Shown piece by piece: positions 1 through 11,515 of a stretch of 64,000 nt of DNA. The stretch covers positions 73,284,001 to 73,348,000 of the forward strand of contig NC_043007.1 of assembly GCF_006345805.1 (NCBI RefSeq), written 5' to 3'. Every line of letters starts with the position of its first letter. The first letter of the stretch is position 1. The position numbers were made by a program, and so were the translations under genes. This DNA is from Octopus sinensis (lineage: Eukaryota). The notes under the pieces are model-generated. The model had not been told where the DNA came from and did no database searches. It saw nothing but the letters and a program-made list of their open reading frames with translations.

Positions 1-415
1 AAAATTACTAAAATAAATAAACATATCATACCGAGTGCAATTCTCGAAGCAAGTCATTTAAAAAACAGAATTCAGCTGCATATCACCTGTGATTTCGTAA
101 TCAGTGCAGTGGTGTGCCCTCTTTACTTATCAGTGCAAGCATAATTCAAGATTTATAATGAATGAACAAAATCAACATACCAGATGAACAACTATCGTAT
201 CCACCCATATCGTATTCGGTACGATATGTTTATTTATTTTAGTAGTTTTGACTTTTAGAGTCCCTCCTAGCGTGTAGCATTTATGTGTAATAATGCCCTC
301 TATATTATATAAATAAATATATTTAAGTGAAAAAATTGGTGGATTTTTTCTCTTATGAGGTTTTTCACGCTGACTACTTGATAAATTCTTATGAAGATTT
401 TAGCCTATTTTTAAA

Positions 416-420
<5 letters not shown>

Positions 421-489
<69 letters not shown>

Positions 490-490
490 G
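421..490. repeat. (TA)n-(GA)n compound microsatellite
   Basis: Direct reading of the sequence. Confidence 0.95.
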
Positions 491-727
491 TGATTGGCTT
501 CTTTTTCAGTTTCTGTCAATGAAATCCATTCACATGGCTTTGGTCAGTCTGGAGTTATAGTAGTAAACATTTGCCCAAGGTGCCATAGTAGTAAGTAATG
601 TATGTATAGACTTAAAAATAGTTTTCTTGACAAAACCAAGTCTAAATTCATATTTAATGTGTACCACTTCGGTAACACTCAAGAACTAGTAAGTTTGTCA
701 CTTGTCATGACATATTGCAAAAATAAA

Positions 728-1060
728 TCATCATCATCATTTAACGTCCGCTTTCATGGGTTGGACGATTTGACTGAGGTCTGGTGAACCAGACTCCAAT
801 CTGATCTGGCAGAGTTTCTACAGCTGGATGCCCTTCCTAATGCCAACCATTCCGAGAGTATAGTGGGTGCTTTTACGTGCCACCGGCATGAGGGCCAGTT
901 TGGTGGTAATGGCAACGGCCACGCTCAAATGGTGCTTTTTATGTGCCACCTGCACAGGAGCCATTCTAGCAGCACTGGCAACGACCTTGCTTGAATGTTT
1001 TTTTCATGTGCCACCAGCACAAGTGCTAGTAAGGCGATGCAGGTAACGATCACGCTCAAT
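728..1060 (-). mobile_element. SINE-like repeat with (GAT)n tail and internal tandem 'ttttacgtgccaccggcac' units (family S3)
   Basis: Shares 'ctacagctggatgcccttcctaa(c/t)gccaaccac' core with copies at 40170-40545, 40765-41110 and 62440-62868; (TCA)n tail at left end. Confidence 0.8.
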
Positions 1061-1084
1061 TTTTAAAGATCTAAATAAATAATA

Positions 1085-1292
1085 ATTATAATAATAATGA
1101 TTTCAAATTTTGGTACAAGGCTAGTAGATTTACGGGAGGACTAAGTCGATTGTATTGACCCAATGTTCAAACCTGAAAGGATGAAAGCAAAGTCAACCTT
1201 GGCAGAATTTGAATTCAGAATGTAAAGATGGACAAAGTGGTACGAAGCATTTTGCACAGGACACTAACAATTCTGCCAATTCACCGCCTTTA
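1085..1292 (-). mobile_element. Old tRNA-derived SINE copy (family S1)
   Basis: Diverged match to 7715-7950 (gaaaggatgaaaggcaaagtcgacc...gaatttgaactcagaa). Confidence 0.75.
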
Positions 1293-2081
1293 ATAATGAT
1301 GATGAAGAAGAAGAAGAAGAAGAAGAAGAAGAAGAAGAAGAAGACGACGACGACAACGATTGCCCTGATGCAGTATTAGGCAGCAGTTCTTGTGGCTTTT
1401 AATCTTAACTGATTGGAAGTGTTATCATGTACATTGCTTTGTCTTGGTATAAAAAGATGGGCTACAACAAATATTCTGCTCAGTACCACAGATTTGCTTG
1501 TCAGTTGTTTGACCATAACCAGTTGGTGTTTGAATAATTCACCTCTGGAAACATGGGCGTTTTGTTCATCATCCTTAAAACAATCCTTATTCAGGGACCT
1601 TTTGAGCAGGGTAGGCTACTCAACCTGAAGAAAATTATAACTGGGCCCCACCTGCAAGATTATGCACTGTTTATCTTGATATGAAATCACCATATTGTGC
1701 ACATATGGTTATGATGCATGTGCCTGGTGTACTCCTTATCAGATGGGTAGTCATGATGGGTATATTGGGCTTCATATATTTGTACCCAAGTGTCACTTTG
1801 ATGGCATGCGCTACTCTCTCACATAATAATAACGATAATAATAATAATAATAATTTCTAATTTAGGCACAAAGATAGCAATTTTGAAGGAAGGGGTTTAG
1901 TTGATACCACTGCCTTCAGGACTCAAATTGTACTTATTTTATCAATCCTGAAAGGGTGAAAGTTGTAGGCAACCTTGGCAGAATTTGAACTCAGAATGTA
2001 AAAAGTCGAAATAAGTACTGCAAAGTACTTTTGCCCAACACTCTGATGATTCTCCATCTAAATAATAATAACAACAACGAC

Positions 2082-2133
<52 letters not shown>

Positions 2134-2845
2134 GATCCAGAACAAAAGAAAAACAACACAAAAACAAATTCAGCTGCAGAGGAAGACTGCCTAAAGTAAA
2201 CTGAATGTTGATGCGAATGTGATTGAATATATGTCATGTATACATGGGTGTATATGTGTGTGTTTGTATGTATACGTGTATGTATGTATATGTATATGTA
2301 AATGAAAGTATTATGCATACACACACATACACATAGATCAAAGTTTCACTGTTCACACAGCTTCTCTCGCCACCTCCCTATGTATTTCTTCATCTCTCTG
2401 ACACATGATTCTTCTCTAATGGTTTCTGTCTGCATTTATAATTCCATGATATAATGTTAAATAAAATTTCTGTTATTTATTTATCAACTTTGTTTATTTT
2501 TAGACATTTATGCATTCTTGAACTTTATTTTATAATTTCACATAGAACAAAAAGAAAAAAATTAAAAAACTTTAGTATCAAATGATGAAGCAGTCCAGTA
2601 AGGGTTATTAGATCAATTGCAATTATATATATCCATGGCGATTGACTTAATTTGTATGTTATTAACAACAAAATATTCATCTTAACAACTGGAAACAAAA
2701 ATCATTTGATGACATTTATGATAACAAACATATAGTATTACATAATATATGATTAAAGAAGACCACCACTTAAAAGTATTGATTGGTTGAGGGGATTGAC
2801 AAAAGAATTTCTTTATTGAATTGTTTATTGTATATGTTAATACAG

Positions 2846-3226
2846 ACTGGTGGCTCTTAACTAGGCTCCAAATAACCTCTGGGGTTCCATATAAGATTTT
2901 TGGATGTCCGAGGAAGGAAAATAGTAAATTGGGCATCTATGGTAGTATTTTAGGGGTCAATGAAATGATTTTGTATTAAATGTGTATATTGCAAGAAACA
3001 ATTAGGTTTCTTTCTCTCACATCTCACATAGTTCAACATGTTTCCAGCCACCTCTTAGAGAGTTCTATTGCAAACCTACACTGGTGAATGAGTGTAAAAC
3101 AAAATGGAAATTTCAAAAAAGATGTCTATAAAACTAGTTGTTAAATATTGAATGTCTATGGGGGCCCACCAGAGTAAAACAGTAAGCAAAGGGGTCCATA
3201 GGCTAAAAAATGATTGAGAACCCCTG
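2846..3226. mobile_element. Degenerate hAT-type MITE
   Basis: Ends resemble cagtggttctcaac / gttgagaaccactg; similar to 24603-25230. Confidence 0.4.
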
Positions 3227-3619
3227 ATATAGACTTTTTGAAATTGATAATAAGAATATGGCTTAGTTACATTTTGAGGCAGATGGTTCCATAAATCTGC
3301 TGCACTTTATGTTAATTGTTTGTTTAGTTTGGTTTTTATTTTTCCAATTTCACTCATGGGTTAAGCAATTTATTTATCCTTCTCATTGACTTCTTAGTTG
3401 TTTGCAATTGTGTATTCTGTGGCAATATGGAAGAACTTGGTAGTCTTCCAAGACAGATGTATTTAACTTATTTGTTACATATTTCTCACAAATTGGTCGA
3501 TATGCTATGATTTGAGTAGCTTTTTTTCTAGTTACTTATGATTTCATTTAAATGAATGTCATTTCAATTAAACCATATTGTATTTCTTTGTAACAAATAG
3601 GGATAAATTAATGCAAAGT

Positions 3620-4140
3620 ATATTTTCATTAACCACCACAAGGTTGAATCCTTAAAATGTGGTGGCTTCTGTATCTCAATGATCCCGAGAGTTTTTCCTG
3701 AGGAGCACAAACTCTTGGCAAGGCCTCCGATACTGGGCGGGTCAAAGGATAGAGGTCAGACTCTAATATGGACCACTTTTTCCAAGGGGTAGAATGGGTT
3801 TGCATGGGGCCAACAACCTTACCTAGAAAAAAAGCAAAATTACTGAAGCATCGATGATTATTCAAAACCAACAAGACATGGAAGAGAAAGGTTTTCCTCC
3901 TGTGGGTTTGGTTTTGGATTTTGCTGCAGCACAAAAGGAAACAATTGGCCATGATCTGGAATCCACAAGGGAGGCAGAGGAGAGGGAACTCTAGAAGTTT
4001 GTAGAGGCAGAATGCTAGGGTGGAGATGAGAGAGTAAGGATCCAACTGGAGAGTGATGAAACAGATGGTCCAAGTTGAGAACAGTGGGGAAGGATCATTG
4101 ACCGCCTATGCTCCATAAGGTGTAAAGGGCTTTAAGAAGA
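3620..4140 (+). mobile_element. Short internally deleted RTE-clade non-autonomous element
   Basis: RTE 5'UTR-like motif 'gggccaacaaccttacctagaaaaaa' and RTE-like 3' end 'gcctatgctccataaggtgtaaagggctttaagaagaa' within about 520 bp. Confidence 0.5.
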
Positions 4141-4235
4141 AAATAAAAATGAGATTTCAGTATGGCTGTGAAGAAGACATATTTTAACCTTGTATAATAT
4201 ACCAATTTATTTTATATTTTAGATATTGTATTTAC

Positions 4236-4301
4236 ATGTTGTTTCTACTGCAGAGTTGAGATGATCAGCTTGTCCAATTTCATTACCGTGTAGAATAACT
4301 T
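4236..4301 (-). CDS. Candidate 66-nt internal exon (EVILHGNEIGQADHLNSAVETT)
   Basis: Minus-strand acceptor tttatttcag, donor CAT|gtaaat, open phase1-phase1 frame in unique sequence; no homology recognised. Confidence 0.25.
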
Positions 4302-4619
4302 CTGAAATAAATTATCAAGAACACAATTTTTGAGAATATATTTCAGAATTTATAAAGATAATGAAATTTAGTTTTATCTTAATTCTCACCATCCATATAT
4401 TTAAAGGTGAGTTTTCCTTTAGTGAATTTTTCTTTTTCTCTTTTCTTTTTCTTTTTCTTTTTTTTTTGCAAGTGAAGTTCTTAAATATAATGGTTGATCA
4501 AGATACACACACACACACATACAAACACACACACATACACGCACATACATACACACATACACACACACATGCATCAGGTCGTTTTGAACTGGAAGTTTAT
4601 TTTACTGTCTCAACAAAAG

Positions 4620-4770
4620 CAATGCACATTATTTACATTGTTTACATTATTTACATTCAATGGATATTTGTCCTCATCTTGTTTGTTATTAACACAACGT
4701 TTCGGCTGATATACCCTCCAGCCCTTTTCATAATTCATGTACATAATTCCTCATCTCTTAAATATAGAAA
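4620..4770 (-). mobile_element. Truncated copy of hammerhead-bearing SINE family A with inverted 3' fragment
   Basis: Matches 8040-8145; 4738-4770 is the element 3' end in opposite orientation. Confidence 0.75.
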
Positions 4771-5144
4771 AGTAATGCAATTAATCAAAGTATGCACCTG
4801 AATTATCAACACAATTTTGCCATTCTATCAGTGGCTTATTTATGCTGGCAGCGCAGTAGTTCTCAGTACGCTATCTCACAGAAACACTTCTACATTATAG
4901 TTTTGGACTGTCCTTAGGCATTAATTGGAAAGTTTGCCTAACAGAAGAATCTTGGGTAACTTCTACCCCTTCCACCTTTCCCTTAATTTGAAATTTCTAA
5001 TGTCTTTTCTGAATGGAACATTCATCAACAGGGTGTGATATTTAGCATTCACAAACTTGACTGTCAGTTCTCCTTTTTTAGAACAAAACCAATTTCACTC
5101 TCTTATTCATCACCTGCTGTTACATTATTCTTTTATAGAGTAAA

Positions 5145-5290
5145 TATGTGTGTGTGTATGTGTGTGTGTGTGTGTGTTTGTGTGTGGACATGCATGCATG
5201 TGTGTATGTGTGTGTGTGTTTGTGTGTGGACATGCATGCATGTGTGTATGTGTGTGTGTGTTTGTATGTGGAAATGCATGTGTGTGTGTA

Positions 5291-5323
<33 letters not shown>

Positions 5324-5399
5324 TGTGTGTGTGTGTTTGTGTGGACATGCATGCATGTGTGTATGGTGTGTTTGTGGAAATGCATGTGTGTGTGTGTGT

Positions 5400-5470
<71 letters not shown>
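5145..5470. repeat. (TG)n-derived compound micro/minisatellite
   Basis: (TG)n runs with recurring 'tttgtgtgtggacatgcatgcat' units. Confidence 0.95.
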
Positions 5471-5474
<4 letters not shown>

Positions 5475-6004
5475 TTGTCCGCTGCCACACTTAACTGATT
5501 TTAGTTTGTTTACATCCTTGTAACTTAGCAGCTTGGCAAAAAGGGGATGATATAATAAGTACCAGACTTTAAAATAAGTACTGTGATCAATCTGTTCAAC
5601 TGAAACCCTTCGAGGCAATGTTCCAGTCTGGCTGCAGTCTAATGAGTGGAAAAAGAAAAAGATAGAAGATAAAAGGCACCACAGGACATAAAAATTTCAA
5701 ATTTTGGTACAGAGCCAGCAGTTTTTTAGGGAAGAGGCTACTTGAATGTATTAATCCCAGAACTTGACTGGTACTTATTTTATCAACTCCAAAAGGAAGG
5801 AAGACAACATCAATCTTGCTGGAATTTGAACTCAGAATGTATAGACACGAAATGCTGCAAAGTATTTTATCTGGTATGCCAATGGATCTGCCAGTTCACC
5901 ACCTTAATACCATAGAATGTAATGAAATCCAAATATTTCTAACCTTGTCCTAAAAATCAGTTTTTAGAATCATTGCTCCTAGAGTAACAGACAGAGGGAG
6001 AGGG

Positions 6005-6037
<33 letters not shown>

Positions 6038-6149
6038 CATGTAGGTCCAACATGTGTTACCAGGCTTGCTTTATAAAACTAATTGTTCATCTCTTGCACC
6101 AGATGTTTTATTTGAGATATTGACTGAATATTGCTCATATATCTGTAAA

Positions 6150-6830
6150 CATTCATTGACACAGGATAGACCTACAGTTCAATATATGGATCATAGTCTG
6201 ATGCCCAGAGTACAATTTCTCAAGGTGTTACATGATTTTGAGAATGCAGATTTGGCCAGCGCTATTCTTCTTTTGATCTCCTTCACACATCTTGTGTTGA
6301 AGGATGATACCCTGCTTTATGCTTTGATTGTTCACTTTCAACATGCACTTTGGGCTACCCTTTTTTGTCACTACTATACACAATTCTTGCAAGTTATGGA
6401 AGTGAAACGTGATTTATAACATCAAAAATAAGGTGTTTGGAGAGCTGTGAAAGAAGGTTCTTAAGAAGAATATTGAGGATAGCATGGACAGAAAAAGTGT
6501 TTAATGAAGAAGTGATAACTCTGGTTGTGGTAAATAGGGAAATGTTTAGTGAGATAAGGACCAAGCAACTGAGATTTCTTGGTGATGTGAGGAGGAAAGA
6601 GGGCCTGGAGAATTTAGAAATGACCAGAAAGATTGAAGGGAAAAGAAGCAGAGAAAGGAGAAGGATGATACGGATGTCAAGCATGATGAACTGGTTGGAA
6701 GAAAGAGGCATTAAACATCAACATCAGGAAGTTGAACTTAAAGAAAACAAAGAACAGAGAATTGTGTTAGGATATGATCTCCTATGTCTTACATTCTGGA
6801 CATAGTACCTGAAGAAGAAGAAAAAGAAAA
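6150..6830 (+). mobile_element. RTE LINE 3' fragment with 5' inversion
   Basis: Plus-strand YGSET...CERRFLRRILRIAW...QLRFLGDVRRKEGLE...EGKRSR and (GAA)n tail; minus-strand upstream piece CVKEIKRRIALAKSAF at about 6240-6300. Confidence 0.8.
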
Positions 6831-7714
6831 TCTATAAACTGTCAAGTAGTGATTTGCCAGTCTTAGTTAAAAAGCCTTAGAGTATATATTCTGGCCTATG
6901 GCATTCTGATTTCAAACCCCACCAAGGTCAACTTTACCTTTCCTCCTTCTAGGGTTAATGAAATAAAATACCTGAGTAGTGGATTGGCAGAATGGTTTGA
7001 GCACTGAATGGAGAAATGCCTTACAATATCTGTTTCAATTCTCTTGTGTTCTGAGTTCAAATCCTGCTGTGGCCTAGTCTGGTTCTTACTCCATCATCTG
7101 ATTTAAGACCACCACCTGGCCATTAGGGGATTTTAGCTGAGGATTTCATTCTGCTTCAAGCATGTCTCTGGTTTGAGGGTACATTCTTTCCATCCCTTCC
7201 ACTAGTCTCGGAGACCTTTAAAGGGGTCATGGGTACTTGAAGCTGTGGAATTTTAGATATATTTTTAGGTGAATTGGTAGGGTCATGTGCATGTCAAACC
7301 AAATGCTTTGCAGTATTTAGTTATACTTTTAAAATCTCATTTTGCTGTTCAAACCCTTCGAGGTTAATAAAAATAAAAGTTCTAGTCTCGTTCTGGAATT
7401 GATCTATATTTATCCACAAATGCACCCTAGATGTCAATGCAAGGCAAGATAACAAACATACTCTACAAGCATATTGTGCATTCTGTTCCCTTAACTTCCT
7501 ACTGCACTTTATCTTATTCATATATCTTCTTTATTTAGCTCTCTAACTCCTTCTCTTTCTCACCCCTCTTGCTCTTACTCCACACATCCACATGTATGTG
7601 TATAAATAAATAAATAAATAATATATATATATATATATGTGTGTGCATGAGTCATCTCAGAGATCATGAGTCAGGGAAGAGATGCACTCATATATCTTTA
7701 TATATATATATATA

Positions 7715-7950
7715 AAGGCGGCGAGCTTGCAGAAATGTTAGCACGCCGGGCGAAATGCTTAGCGGTATTTCATCTGTCGTTACATTCAGAGTTCAAATTC
7801 TGCCGAGGTCGACTTTGCCTTTCATCCTTTCGGAGTCGATAAATAAAGTACCAGTTTTGCGCTGGGGTTGATGTAATCGACTTAATCCCTTTGTCTGTCC
7901 TTGTTTGTCCCCTCTATGTTTAGCCCCTTGTGGGTAGTAAAGAAGTATAT
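7715..7950 (+). mobile_element. tRNA-derived SINE, family S1, near full length
   Basis: Head ggcggcgagcttgcagaaatgttagc...gagttcaaattc (A/B-box-like); tail tttagccccttgtgggtagtaaagaa; more than 10 copies in window. Confidence 0.9.
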
Positions 7951-8014
7951 ATCTGTCAGTAGAGTTGGTATATTATCCAAAAAATATAGTATTAAATATT
8001 CATCATGGCTAATA

Positions 8015-8310
8015 CAGTTCTATATTGAAGAGATGAGGAATTATGTACATTATTTACATTATTTACAATATTTACATTCAACAGATATTTGTCCTCATTT
8101 TGTTTGTTGTTAACTCAGCGATTCGGCTGATATACCCTCCAGCCTTCTTCAGGTGTCTTGGGGAAATTTCGAACCTGGGTTCTCATTCTTAAGGTATTTT
8201 TCGATGTTATTATTATTATTATTGTTATTGTTCAGGTCACTGCTTGGAATCGAACTTGGAATCTTGGGGTTAGTAGCCTGCGCTCTTAACCACTATGCCA
8301 GATGCCCGTG
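8015..8310 (-). mobile_element. tRNA-headed SINE family A with hammerhead-like 3' module
   Basis: Minus strand: A box GGCATAGTGGTTAA (8286-8299), B box GTTCGATTCC (8246-8255), (AAT)n linker, then CTGAAGA-stem-GAA motif; 3' end also at 4620-4770 and 10133-10207. Confidence 0.8.
8112..8157 (-). ncRNA. Degenerate minimal type I hammerhead ribozyme motif
   Basis: GACAC-CUGAAGA-A-GGCUG(gagggtatat)CAGCC-GAA-UCGC-U-GAGUU; the sister copy at 4691-4722 supplies intact GAA-ACGU-U-GUGUU. Confidence 0.6.
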
Positions 8311-9249
8311 GAAGTTGTTGTTGACAAACAACAGCAGTAATTTTATTCAGCTGAATACATGTCATTGATTGGTTGAAATTACCGAAATACAACAACTTTA
8401 ACAAAAAATAACTTCCAAAATACAGAATTTTCTCAACAATGCCAAGAGTAAAAGATGTTTTACGTAACACATTCTACCAGTATACGAAGTTTGAAAGTGT
8501 TTAGTTACAAAATATTATTTCTTAAATCTGTTGGTCAAAAAGTAAAGATCCAGATGAAGATATTGGTGACAAGGTCTCATGGTGTATTCTTAGGATACAA
8601 GAAGGTAAATATATGAGAGAATAGGAACCGAGGATTCAAGGGTTGGGTGGATAACTTCATAGGAGTGTGAGGGGAGAATGACAGATGGTTAGTAATGGGG
8701 GTAGAGGTGAATGTAATGAATGATGTACAGGGGTGGAGATGTGGTCAACAATAAATATCAGTATATGGGGGAATCGGGAGGGTAAAAAAAAAATAGCTTA
8801 GGAAGGAAGAGGTGATAAATGGCAGCACAGGAAGAGTAGAGTTGCAGTATGATAAGCCTAGAGAAAGATGAGAAAAATAGGGAGATGATGAGCATGACAG
8901 GAGAGTTGGAAGCGAAAGAGATGTACAGTGACAAAGATGGAGGTTAGAGATACATAAAGGTGACTATAATGAGTTGGAGACAAATGTGGTGGTGGTGGTG
9001 GTGGTGATGGGGTATCAAAGACTGTTATGAGAGGATGTTAAAAATGAGGTAGGATAGTCTTAAGATGTAGCTCTGAAGAAAGGGAGAGATAACTGGGGAC
9101 ACAGAAAGAGGCGATTAGGGGAAAATATAGACTGTAAAGAAGTAGAAGAAATGCCTCAATGCATTTGTTAGGTACTGTGTGATCATAATGATTCTTTCTA
9201 GTCTTGGCAAAAGGCCCACCACTTGAACGGAGGGAGATAGTTATTGACC

Positions 9250-9530
9250 TTAGTACTTGATTGGTACCGTATTCCATGGAGGCCAAAAATATGAAAGACG
9301 AAATTAACTTTGGCAGGAGTTGAGCTCAGAATATAAGAATCCAGAAGAAATACTTATTTCTTTACTACCCACAAGGGGCTAAACACAGAGAGGACAAACA
9401 AGGACAGACAAACGGATTAAGTCAATTATATCGACCCCAGTGCGTAACTGGTACTTATTTAATCGACCCCGAAGAAATACCATTAAGCATTTTGTCCAAC
9501 ACACTAACAGTTCTGCCAGTTTGACAGCAC
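9250..9530 (-). mobile_element. Old S1 SINE interrupted by a 5'-truncated young S1 copy (9354-9470)
   Basis: 10-bp direct repeat gaagaaatac at 9344-9353 and 9471-9480. Confidence 0.8.
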
Positions 9531-10214
9531 CTGATAATAATAATAATAATAATAATAATCCTTTCCTCTATAGGCACAAGGCTTGAAATTTGGGTGATGG
9601 AAATAGTCGATCAACCCCAGTACTCAACTGATACTTACTTTATTGGCCCCAGAAGGCAAAGTCCACTTCAGCAGAACATAGCAGCAGACGAAATACTGTT
9701 AAGTATTTCACCTGGCATGTTAATGTTTCTGCCAGCTCACTCCCTTCATAATAATAATAATAATTGTTTCAAATTTTGCCACAAGAGCAGCAATTTTAGG
9801 GGAGGGGGATAGTCAATTGTGTCCTAGCATACGTGCTGCTTCTTTTAGTTTGCGTATTTTCCATTGGTGTTCTCTGTCCATTATTTTAACTTCATCCCAC
9901 AGGGGGAGGTGGTTTCCATTTTTTCCATACATGATCAGTTATACCAGATTTATCAATATCTCCTCGTGTCACAGCTTTGTGATGTTCCTCTACCCTTATT
10001 TTGAAGGGTCGGTATGTTTCGCCTTTGCATAACCTACCACAGCTGCATGGGATGGAATACACTCAGTTTTTGGTCATATTCTCTTCTATTGGTGGTTTTA
10101 CTTGAAGGAGATATTTGCAAAGTGTTGTATTGACAAACAAGATGAGGATAAATATCTGTCAAATGTAAATAATGTACATAATTCCTCATCTCTTAAATAT
10201 AGAACTGCCTTTCT

Positions 10215-10830
10215 ACTGTAGGGACAAGCTTGAAACTTAGGGGAAAGGATTAAGTCGATTACATCAACCCCAGTGCGTAACTGGTACTTATTTAATTGAT
10301 CCTGAAAGGATGAAAGGCAAAGTCAACCTCAGTGGAATTTGAACTTAGAACATAAAAACAGACAAAATACCACCAAGCATTTTGCCCGGCGTGTTAACAA
10401 TTCTGCCAGCTCAATGCCTCCATAATAATAAGAATCGTTTCAAATTTTGCCACAAGGGCAGCACTTTTGGGGGAAGGGTTAAATCAATTACATTGACCCC
10501 AGTGTTCAACTGGTACATATTGCCCCCGAAAGGATGAAAGACAAAGTTGACCTCGGCAGAATTTGAATTCAGAATGTAGTGGCAGACGAAATACCTATTT
10601 CTTACTGCCCACAAGGGGCTAAACACAGAGAGGACAAACAAGGACAGACAGACGGATTAAGTCGATTATATCGACCCCAGTGCGTAACTGGTACTTAATT
10701 TATCGACCCCGAAAGGATGAAAGGCACAGTCGATCTCGGCGGAATTTGAACTCAGAACGTAACAGCAGATGAAATACCGCTGAGCATTTTGCCTGGCGTG
10801 CTAACGTTTCTGCCAGCTCGCCGCCTTTTT
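10215..10830 (-). mobile_element. Cluster of tandem/nested S1 SINE copies
   Basis: Three successive S1 bodies; young tail at 10595 joined to internal gtatttcgtc site of an older copy. Confidence 0.85.
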
Positions 10831-11287
10831 CATAAGAATGATAATAGCAAACAAAACCACAAGAATAACAATCATTGTCATATATAACAAAGACAAAGTA
10901 AGAGGCTGTGATTGTTGACAATTTTATGGCCTACTCATCTCTAATGATGTAAAAAACAAATATCCTTTGGATTTTCTTCAAAGTTCTTGATAGTTTCTTC
11001 CCTCTTATCAACCTAGATACAGTATTTTCAAGTATGCTGTGTAAAAGTGTATTATGTATATCTATGTTATGTTGCTTGTAAGTGTGCTTAACCTAACACA
11101 TTTCTATACAACATACTTATTAAGAAAATAACAACTATCACAATTTAGTTACATTGCTCTTCAAAGAATATTGTTTGCAATATTTTGTTTAACTTTTTCT
11201 GGCTAGTCATGCTCCTACCCTATAATACCTACATAAAAGCTGGGTATATTGGCAATGAAACATTTTTTCAGCACACTATTTTTCGCT

Positions 11288-11515
11288 TTTTAACATTTAA
11301 ACCAGCCATATCAGGACTAAATATTCTACCTGCTTTATGTTCAAATGGGCCAGATTCTGCCACTCGCACCTAGCCTACAATCTCATTATAAAAACAAACA
11401 ATCAAACAATCACATCATCAAAATCACAAAGCTACAAGGTAATGCATAATTAAATTCAAAACAACATGAATCAATATAAGCATTACACATGTTAGAGTAA
11501 TCTGAATGCTATAGG
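11288..11515. mobile_element. piggyBac-type MITE copy (degenerate ends)
   Basis: Homologous to 34131-34350 and 62060-62253. Confidence 0.65.

Noticed and set aside
5035-5618. Six overlapping 114-162 aa ORFs (CVCV/THTH)
   Set aside because: Translations of (TG)n microsatellite that lack stops by construction; the same applies to ORFs at 1942-2324, 19368-19666, 21439-21765, 23034-23357, 47432-47969 and 52338-52940.
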